A stretch of DNA of 64,000 nucleotides from a virus: IMG/VR virus record IMGVR_UViG_3300030104_005963; one strand, given 5' to 3'. Of the stretch, positions 14,465-26,400 are shown piece by piece. The number at the start of each line of letters is the position of its first letter. Position 1 is the first letter of the stretch. The notes under the pieces were generated by a model. That model saw only the letters and a program-made list of their open reading frames with translations. It was not told the origin of the DNA and did no database searches. The translations under genes and the position numbers were made by a program.

Positions 14465-17400
14465 ATGATACAAACAGGATTTGAAACCCGCATACAGGTA
14501 CAAGATATTGTATCAAATCAACTTCCAAATTTCATTGTAGATGAAAGTCCGAAGACAATAGATTTTCTGAAACAATATTATATTTCTCAGGAATATCAAG
14601 GTGGTCCTACAGATTTATCGACAAATTTAGATCAATATTTAAATTTAGATAATCTTACCCCAGAAATTATAGTAGATAGTACAATCACTACTAGTTCTAC
14701 AACTAATAGTGATTCAACAATTAATGTATCCAGTACAAAAGGGTTTCCTAAAGAGTATGGGTTACTAAAAATTAATAATGAAATTATTTCTTATACAGGG
14801 ATAACAACAAACTCCTTTACAGGTTGTATTCGTGGATTTAGTGGAGTTACTTCTTATGGATCAAATTTTGATAAAGAAGAACTAATTTTTTCAGAATCAT
14901 CTTCAGAATCTCATAATTTAAATTCTTCTGTTAGAAATTTAAGTAGTTTATTTTTAAAAGAATTTTATAAAAAATTTAAAACAACATTTGCTCCAGGACT
15001 AGAAAATAATAATTTCGTATCGTCATTGAATGTTGGTACTTTTCTTAAGGAAATAAAATCTTTTTACCAAAGTAAAGGTACAAATGAATCTTTTAGAATA
15101 CTATTTGAAATTTTATATGGAGAAAATCCAACTGTTATAAATTTAGAAGAAAAATTAATTAAACCATCTTTTGCAGAATATAGAAGAAGAGAAGTTGCTG
15201 TAGCAAAAGTTATTTCCGGAGAAGGATCTTTCCTTAAAGGTCAAGGTTTATTTAAAGATAATTCAAATATTGTCGCATCAATTTCAGAAATATCTCCTTT
15301 TAATGTTAATGATGAAATTTTTTATAAATTATCTCTTTTTGTTGGATATGATGAAGACTCTGATATTCAGGGAAGATTTTTACCAACACCAAATTCTAAA
15401 TGTACAGAAGATGTTTTGATTAACGGATCTGTTGTAAACGTTGATTCTACAATTGGATTTAATAAAAGTGGAAAATTTAGGGCAGGATCTAACATAGTTT
15501 CATATACAGATAAAACTGTTAATCAATTTTTAAACTGTACTGGTATCAGTAGTCCAATATCTCAGGGAGATTTGATTTATGATAATGAAATTTATTATGG
15601 ATATGAAAATGGAGATATTAATAAAAAAGTTGAATTAGTATTTTTTACCACTCTTAGTAATTTTATACAGAAAGGTGTTGTAAATGTTAATGAAAGTGAT
15701 CCAATTGGAGTAAAAAATCTTGGTGATAAAGTAATTAATCCTACACAAAATAAATCTTCAAAACAAATATTAGCAAATTCTTGGATTTATAATACCAATT
15801 CCTCATATTTCATTGATAATTATGATTCCGGTTTTCTTGAACTTTTTTCTCCTATTGATAAATCTAGTTTAAAATTAGGTGACTCTGTTGAAATTGTTGA
15901 AAGAAATACTGGAGTAGTAATATTTCCTAATGAAAATAATAAACCTTTTGTATCAATTGACGGAATTGCTGAGGGTAATGAACAAAAAATACAAGGAAGA
16001 AAAAATGTAATAATAAATGATATTGACTACACCAAATTAGGTATTGGGACAGATTATAATTTAAGAAAAAAACTCAATAAAGCTAAGATTGGGGATAATA
16101 GTAACGTAACGTTTAAATATGGAAATGAGAGTTTAATATCAGACGTTCAAAATGTTTATTTTGATGATGAATTTGCTTATGTTGCATCAAATTCTTTACC
16201 TTCTACAAAAACAAGAGGAGGTATTAAAAATGACAGTAGAGATGAGTTTCCTCTTTCAGAAGATATTGATGTCAAAATTAAAAAATTAGTAATTGATCTT
16301 GATACTGGTACTGGAGGTATTTTAACATCATTTAATGAGTTAACTAAAGATTTTAATGGTATAAAAGTATTAGATGATGGTGGAAATACTCCATTCAAAA
16401 CCGGTGAAAAAATATTTTACAAACCAGAAACAAATTCTATAGTTGGATTAGAGACAGGAAATTATTTTGTTGAAGTAATTGAAGGTAATGGTGATAGTGA
16501 TGTAATTAAATTATATGGATCAAATTATCTTATAGGAACTAATAACAACATAAAGTTGTCTAATATAGGGGGAACACATACGTTTGTATTAGAGTCTCAA
16601 AAATCTGGAACAATTGGACCACAAAAGTTATTGAAAAAATTCTCAATCAATCAGAAATTGGTAGATGGGAAAAATGAAAAAACTATTCCTGGAGGAGTAG
16701 GTTTATTAATAAATGGTGTTGAAATAACAAATTATAAATCTACAGATAAAATATATTATGGACCACTAAAAAAAATTAACGTCTTAAATGGGGGGGAAAA
16801 TTTTGATGTCATAAATCCACCAAAAATTGTTGTAGAGTCTGGATTAGGAAATACTGCTCTAGCTCAACCAGTTATTACTGGATCTATAAAAGATGTTTTA
16901 ATAGATTTTGACACATATAATTTTAATATTTCTAATATCATATCTATAGGTGTAACAGGTGGAAATGGAACTGGTTGCGCTCTTGAACCGTCCGTCTCAA
17001 ATACTTCTTTCAGAGAAATTAAATTTGATGGTAGACCGCAAACTTCAGGTGGTGGAATTAATACAATAACAAATCAAATACTTTTTGATACACCTCATGG
17101 ATTTACCAGTGGACAAGAAGTTATCTATGACTCTAATTTTGGTAGTTTAGTTGGAATTGGTCTTTCGAGTAACAGTAATAGTACAACTCTTGTAAATAAA
17201 TCAACCTATGTTGTTGAAGTACCAAACGTTCGTACTGTAAAACTTTACAGAAACAGAGACGACTATGATGCAAGAATCAATGCAATTAGTTTTAATGGAA
17301 CACAAGGGTCTGGAAATCAAAAATTAAAAGTAGGACCATTAGGAGTATTAAAGGATATTATTGTAATTGATGGTGGAAAGGGGTATACTAATAAAAAATT

Positions 17401-20400
17401 AATTGTTAAATCATCGGATGTATCTACAAACTATAATTGGATAGAATTTAAAAATCATGGTTTTAATAATGGAGAATTAATTGATTATTCTATTGCATCC
17501 GGTAATGGAGTATCATCACCAACAGTCATATCAGGATTATCTACCGATAAAAAATATCAAATTCTTAAACTTGATGATAATAAATTTAGAGTCTGTGATG
17601 CTGGAATTGGAGGAACTATTGTTTCCAATTTTGAAAGAAAAAATTATGTTAAATTTGAATCTTCTGGAACAGGATATCAACAATTCAGTTATCCTAAAAT
17701 TTCTGTAGATTTTAGAGTTATTACCGCAGGTATTGGAGAAACAACAATAACAATAACTCCTGTAGTAAAAGGATCTATAACTTCTGTAGATTTGTATGAG
17801 AATGGCACTGGATATGGATCTTCTATTATAAATTATGAAAATAGTCCAAAAGTTTTAATTAAAAATGGAAAAAATGCTAGAGTTGTACCCATAATATCAA
17901 ATGGTAGAATAAATTCTATAAATGTTGAATATGGTGGAGAAGAATATTATTCAACACCAGATGTTATTGTTACGGATACATCTAAGTCCGGTTCTGGTGC
18001 TGTTTTAAGAGCTATAATAAAAAATAATAAATTAGATTCTGTAAAAGTAATAAAATCAGGTATTGGTTATTCAGCATCAGATACATCTGTATCCGTAATT
18101 TCTTCGGGATTTAATCATTTCTTAGAATCTAAAGTAAGAGATTTAACAATTGTAACTAATGAAATTTTCAATTCAAATAAACTTTTAGTTGATAATGATA
18201 ATGATGAATTAAAATATTCTGTTTGTGGATATGATGTAAATTTATTCTCAGATAATGGTAGTTCTATATCTGGTATTATTGGATGGGCATATGATGGAAA
18301 TCCAATTTATGGACCATTTGGATCTACCGATCCAAATAGTTTTATATTCAAATCTAAATTAAAATCCGGATATGTACTCGATACATCAAATGTAACAGAT
18401 AGACCGATTGGATTTTCTAATGGATTTTTTGTGGAAGATTATCAATATAATGGAATAGGTGCAGATTTAGATGAGCATAATGGTAGATATGAAAAAAATA
18501 AAGATTTTCCAAATGGAGTTTATGCATATCACGCAGTAGTTGGACAAAATAATGTCCCAATATTCCCATTTTTTGTAGGGGATACTTATAGATCCAAAAA
18601 AATAAAAGAAAATTTTGAATTTGATTTTAATCAATCATACGATTTTATTAATTCTACTTTACAAAGAAATACATTTCCATATAATGTTGGTGAAAAATAT
18701 GCTGACAACTATTTCATAAAAATAAAAAAAGATCAAAAAATAGTTGCAGATAAAATAACATCTGGTAATGTAGAAAATACATCTATAGTTAACGAAGGAA
18801 CAGATTTTAAAGTAAATGATATTATAAAATTTGATAGTAGTGAGACTGGAGGAAGTGGTCTGAATATAAAAGTCTCTTCTGTTACAGGTAAAAAAATAGA
18901 GAGTGTAGACACGGTAAAAGAAGAATATAATAATTCTATTTTAACTTGGGGAGGAAATACTGTACAAGTTACCCTTGAAACTGAACACGAATTTGAAACA
19001 GGTGATTACGTATCATTTTCTGGAATATCGACAGATTCCTTAAAAAGTTTAGAAAAATATCATAGAATAGTAGTTGAAAGTGATTCAACATCTAGACTTA
19101 TATCGTCTATTTCTGCTGGTGCAGCCACAACTGAAATATATCCATCATTTATCCCAAATTATGTTTCTGCGGGATCTACAATTGGTATTGGAAACGAATC
19201 ATTAACAGTATTGAATGTATTTGAAGATTCAAATATTTTAAGAGTAATAAGAGGTAATTCGGGTATTTCTCATACAGAATCTTCACTAGTAAATTATAAA
19301 ACAAAGAGTTTTACTTTTGATAATCAAGTTCCATATTTTAATTCTAATAATAATCGTAAGATTTATTTTAATGCTGCAGAATCTGTAGGAATTGGAACTA
19401 TATTTGGAATAGGATTTTCCACATCATTTATTTTTGGAGATTCCACTATTTCTAGAGAAATTCCTGTGAGAGGAATATATTTAAAAAATCATCCATTTAA
19501 AACAAATCAATTAATAAAATTAACAAATCCCACAGATACAAAACGCATTACATATTCTATAGAACCTAATGGTACGATAATACAACTTGAAAATGGAAAT
19601 TATTATGCTGTAAACAAATCTAAAAATGTAATAGGAATTAAAACCGGAATAGGTGATAATTTTAATGAAATATATTTTAGAGGGTTTGCAGGATCTGGTA
19701 GTAACACCGAAAACACTGATACATATCTTTTCGAAGAAACATTTGATCAGATAACTGCCACTGCAAAATCAATAAAAACAACTGTTTCTGTATCTACTTT
19801 CCATGATCTTGGAAGAAATGATTTAGTTAAATTGAATATTGTTCCTAATCTTTCTGTTGGAATTGGAACATCATCATCATCTGTGGTTGTTAAAATAGAT
19901 AATTCTACAAATCAAATTCTTGTAAATCCTGTAGGATTTAGTTCCTTGGGTATTAATACTATAACAAATCAAATATCTTTAACTAATCATCCATTTAAAA
20001 CAGGTGATAAGGTAAAATATACTTATTCTGATAAGGTAGCATCTGGGTTGGATACTGGAGGATATTATATTTTTAAAGTTGATGAGGACACAATTAAACT
20101 TGGAGAAACTTTTTCTGATGTAGTATCAAATAATCCGAGAATTGTTAGTATCGCAGGAACTGGAGGAGAGTCTCATACATTATCGTTAATTAATCCCGAA
20201 ATAAAAGTTACAAAAAATAATAATCTTACTTTTGACTTATCAGATGGTTCTTTAGGTGGATATGAATTTAAAATTTACCATGATGGTGATTTTAAAAATG
20301 AATTTGTATCTACAGGAAATACATCGACATTTAATATTGTAGGATTCGGAACAGTTGGATTAGCAGGAGCAGGTTTAACTGTTTATTCTGATAACAATTC

Positions 20401-23400
20401 CCCAATTTCATTATTCTATAATGTGGAAAAATCTGGATATATTAGCACTTCCGATAAAGATGTTAAAAATTATTCCAATATCAATTTTAACTCTAGTAAT
20501 TATAATAGAGAATTTAAAATTCTTAATGGAGTTGGATCAACTACATTTAGTGTATATCTAGAAAATGATCCTGAAAGATTTTCATATTCACCATCAGACT
20601 GTGATGTGCTCGAATATTCAACTACATCAGAAAATGCAAAGGGAGGTATAAATTCTTTAAATATTGTATCTTCAGGAAGTAATTATAAAAAACTTCCTAA
20701 AGTTGTTGGATCTTCTTCAACTATATCTGAAAACGCCATAATTACCGTTTCTTCTCAAAGTATTGGAAATATTAGAGATATTGATATTATCACTGATGAA
20801 TTTAAATATTATACTGATACTACTTTAAGACCCACAACTTTACTCCCCAGTATTATTGAATTGAAAAATTCAAATACAATAGATTCTGTTAAAGTAGAAA
20901 ATCCAGGATTAAATTATTTTTCTGCACCTAGTTTAGTAATAGTTGATAAAGTAACCGGTAAAAAACTTGATACTGGATTTTTAGAACCAATATTTAATAC
21001 AAGTATAACAGGTGTAAAAATTGCATCAACACCATTTGGACTTCCTGATACTGGAGTTTTGATTAGAACAATATTAAATGATAATGGATTTACCATTGAT
21101 AAAATTGACTCTGCTGAGGGAACCGAATTTACATGTACTTTAATTACTCCAACTGCTGGATTTAGTACATCTCCATTCGTAATTGGTGATGAAGTATATG
21201 TTGAAGGTATACAAAAGATTAATTCTGATGGAACTGGACACAATTCTGAAGATTATGGATATCAATTTTTAAAAGTAGTATCTATTCCAGATCCTTTTGG
21301 AAATCCAAATCCAAATCCTTTTAGAGTTAAATTTGATGTGGTCGGATTAACAACAAATACTGGAATAGCAGTTACTGAATCAAACGGATTGGGAAGATTA
21401 ATACCTAGTAGTCAATATCCAACTTTTAAAACATCTTTAATTTCATCACCATTTTTACTTGGAGAAAAACTTAATGTTAATGAATTAGAAAAAGATTTGG
21501 AAGTTGTCAGAAAAAATGATGGTGAACTTGTTGTGTTTGGAAGTGATTCGGAAACCCTAAAAATAGGGGATCAAATTTTAGGAAGAAATTCTTTAACAAT
21601 AGGAAAAATTAACAAAATATCTAATAATGAAGGAACTTTCAATATAGATTTTTCATATAAAACTGATATTGGATGGGAAAACTCAACCGGAAAATTAAAC
21701 AATGATCATCAAGTTATTCCAGATAATGATTATTATCAAAATTTATCATATTCTGTAAAAAGTAATCAAACTTGGAAAGAAATAAAATCTCCTGTTGGTA
21801 GACTTGTTCACACTTCAGGGTTAAAAAATTTCTCTGATACTCAGATTCCATCAGAAACAAAAACTAGTATCGGAAGCACAAATCAAACACTTGTAATTAG
21901 TGATACATTTGATGAGTCTAGGGTTGATATCCTTAGAGGAATAGATTTAGTTAGAGATGATGAGTCTGATGGAGAAGTTTCAAATTTCCTACAATTTAAT
22001 AAAACTAGATTTGTTAATTTTATTGATTGTAGAACAAATAATGTTCTTTCTATTGATAATATAAATCAACAATTCTCCAATTTGGAATCTAATCCTGATA
22101 GATTTTTAAATCTTGATATTCTTGAGAATATAGAAAGATATGATAATTATTTGGTTAGAATTGAAAGTTTTAATCATTCTGTAAAACAAATACAACTTTC
22201 GGAATTTGTAGTATTATCTAATGGAAGAAGAAATCACACAATATTCAGCAAATCGGAATTAACTAATTCTGGAGAAAATTTTACAACTTTTGCTGAAGAT
22301 AGATTTGGAAATTATGTTATAGAAACAAATTCTGAAGAAAAAATTACTTATCTTAGATTTTCTCCAGATAATCCAAATGATATTGATTATGATCTTAAAT
22401 TTATTAAGACAAGTATAAATCCTTTGATGCGTGGTGTTGGAATTCATTCAATGGGATTTATTGATTTGATAGCATCAAATAAACCTATCTTGGCAGGTGC
22501 GACAGGGGTATTATTATCTAAAAATATAGAAGATATTGAATCTGCACATATTAGTACTAGAGTTATTAATGCGAGAACAAAAGAAATAAATTTTGTAGAA
22601 ACATATATTACACATGATGGAACAGACACTTATATTTCAGAATACTATGTTGATGCTGGAGGTGAAAGTCTTGATAATAGAATAGGAATTTCATCCGTTT
22701 CTATTGAAAGTGGTAATTTAATATTTTCATATGTAAATGATACTACCAATAATTTAAGAGTTAATTCTAAAATAATTGGATTTGGGACAGCATCTCGTGG
22801 AAATGGAGAATATCGATATTTGGTTGATGGTCAAAATTCTGGAGAAGAAAAAACTGCATTATATCAATCATCTTTTACATCTAGAGTTGGAATAACTACA
22901 TTATTCTCTGGAAATCCACTTACATTTGATGCTATTAAATGTACTGTTGAAGTAAGTGCAGGTTCTTCAAAGGCTTTACATCAAATAACTGCAATACATG
23001 ATGGAAATAATGCTTATTTACAACAATCCCAATTCCTAGCAAATAATTATGATTCTATAATAGGACTAGGAACTTTTAGTGCTACACATGCTTCTAATGA
23101 GTTTATTGTTAAATTCCATCCAGAAGATACTACTGGAATTACAAGTATTAAAACTTTTAATCAAGTATTTTATAAAGGTATAGACGATGATAATATTCCC
23201 AATGAATTAAAATATAAAAATATTACAGAAAGTGCAGAATTTAAATTTTATAATGCAATTAATGGAGATAGAATTAATAGAAAACAGTTTGATTTAAAAC
23301 ATAAAAATGTTGATATATTCAAAAAATCATTCAATCCAGCATCTACCATTGTTGCAGCAGTTAATACTGGAATTGGATATAGTGCATTTAGTGTTAAAGA

Positions 23401-26400
23401 TCATTTCTTTAGAACTGGTGAAGAATTAATTTACACTCCTAAATCTACATTTGTTGGAGTTGGTTCAACTCCAATGCAATATACTATTGATGGATCTACA
23501 GTTGGTGTATTAACATCTAGAGTTTTTGCAATAAGACATACTGACGATGAATTTGGAATTGCAACAACTAAGGCACATGCAGATAGTGGAATAGGAATTA
23601 CTGTTACTTCTTTTGGAGAAGGAAATGCACATACACTTGAAATGGTTAAGTCTAATGAAAAAGCATTAATGGCTATTGATGGTATTGTTCAAACTCCAAT
23701 ATCTAATACACGTATTACACATACCATAGCTAATAATGCTGCACCTGGAATAACAACTGATCAAACTATTTTTGCTCTCAGTGGAATTTCATCTGTAAGT
23801 ATTATAAACATCCTTAAAGTTGAAGATGAATATATGAGGGTTGATAATGTTGGAGTCGGAACATTAGCAATAGGACCCATAACTCCCGGAGAAGGAAATT
23901 TCAAACTAGTAAGTGTTGAAAGAGGATCGGTTGGTAGTTCTGCTACTGCTCATGCAAATGGAACACTTGTAGAACTTTATAAAGGAAACTACAATATAGT
24001 TGATAGTAAGGTTAATTTTATTGAAGCACCTAGAGGTAATCCTCAAGGTCAGGATAGAAATGGATTACCGTTCTCAAGATCTATATTTAATGGTAGAGTT
24101 TATTTTAGAAACAATTATGCATCTAATTTCATATATGATGATATTTCTCCACAATTCACAGGAATAAAATCAGACTTTACTTTGACTATTAATGGTGAAG
24201 AAGTTGAGGGTATTGGACCGGAAGGTGGCCAAGGTGTTCTATTCATTAATGGAATATTCCAAACACCGATTACTGATAATAATCCCAATCAAAATTATCA
24301 AATTTTAGAATCATCTAACAGAGCAGTAACATTATCTTCTAATTACACATTAACTGCTGGAATGGGAATAACACAGTTTAATAACCCAAATTTATCTGCT
24401 ACTGTTGTAAGTGGAACTAGTTCTGGAATAGCTACTTTCTCTATAACAAATGGATCTTTAAATGTTGGAATAGGAAGCACATTATTTGCAAACGGTACTG
24501 ATACTAATGTGTATCCGACAAATGTTTCATTTGTTACTGGTATATCAACAGTCAAATTTACCGGAACATATCCTGATGATATTGAAAAAGATTTTATTAG
24601 TGAATCTGATGTAAACTCAAATCAAATACCTAGAGGTGGATTACCTATATCCGTAGGATCTACTGCAGGACTTGGATATGCTCCACTAATAGGTGCTAAA
24701 CTTCGTCCTGTAGTAGTAGGAGGTTCCATAGTAGATGTTGTTGGTGTAGCCACTACAGGGGCATCTCTTGGCATTCAAACCGCACTGTATAATAATGTGA
24801 CCGGTATCCTATCTGTAACTACAACAACGGACCACGGACTTGATTTTGGTGATCAAAGTAAAGATCAGATAAGGTTGGTTGGTCTATCGTTCACATGCAA
24901 TTCTGGTTCTGGAACTGTCATTTACCCTACTGGTGGAGAAAAAGGATATTCATTAATAAGTACACCGAGTTCTACGGTATTTGAGGTTAATGCAGGAATT
25001 AGTACATTAATTCATTACTATAATGGAGGGGGAACTGTTATTCCATTCTTCCCACAGTTAAGTTTTGGATCTGGATATAATGGAATTGTTTCCGTATCTG
25101 TTGCAGTTACAGAAACTGGACATACTGGAAATGCTGCGGTTATAACTGGAACACCTGTAACATTTAATACACACCAATTTATTAGTGCTACTGCAGGAAT
25201 TCAAAAATCAGGAAGTCCTGCAATTCAACCAGAATCTGGAACTACATATAATCCTTCAACTGGAATCTTATCAATTACTGCAGCATCTCATGGATTATCT
25301 ACTAATGATCTTGTAACAATTCAAGATGGATCTTTGGTATTTTCTTGTGCTCAAGATAGTTTCCAAACTTTACATCCATATCCAAGAAGCACTGATTATG
25401 TATCAGGTATTTCTACTGCGATTACCAAAATAAATGACGATGTATTTACAGTATTTGTTGGAACATCTCCCGCACATGGTGGAGGAGCACTTACATTTAA
25501 TATTTCCAACGGTGGAACTGGTTATACCAATCCAACAATATTTGTTTCAGAACCATCTTATGAAAATCTTTCTATAGTTGGTATTTCTAGAAGGGCAGAT
25601 GGACCGACTACTGATACTGGAGTAGGATTAAAAATTGATGCGAAAACAACTCCAAGTGCCGATTATACGGGAATAGGATCAGAATTATTTGAAATATCAG
25701 AATTTGAAATTAGCACTCCTGGATATGGATTTTTCCCCGGAGATAAATTTAAGGCAGTTGGATTAGTCACTTCTAGATTTATAGAATCACTAATTAAAGA
25801 ATTTGAAATGGAGGTAACAGAAACATTTACCGACCAATTTGCATTATGGCAGTTTGGTGAATTTGATTATATCGATTCTATTGCACCATTACAAAATGGT
25901 AGAAGAACTAGATTCCCATTAAGATATGAAAATGAATTAATTAGTGTCGAGGCAAATGATGCTTTTAATGTTGAATTAAATCCAATTCTTCTTATCTTTA
26001 GAAATAGAGTTATACAAGAACCTGGAAAAACATATGAATTTATTGGAGGAACATCTGTTAACTTTAAAGTTGCACCAAGATCTGAAGATGATATACAAAT
26101 TTTCTTCTATAAAGGAACTGATGGTGAAGACTCTTCCATTGTAGAAGCTCCACCATCACCAATTGAAATTGGTGATGAAGTACAAGTTATGGGAAAACCA
26201 AATCAAGATAATAGATTAATTCATGAATTTACGCAAGCAGATACTATAAGAACAAATTCATATAGAGGACTTGGAATAACAGATGACTTTGAACCAGTTG
26301 AAGTTACAAGACAAAAATATGATTTATTCATTGATGGTAACGTTATTGATAAATCAAGAATTCTTTTAGAACCAAGAATTAATCCAGCAGCAAAAATAAT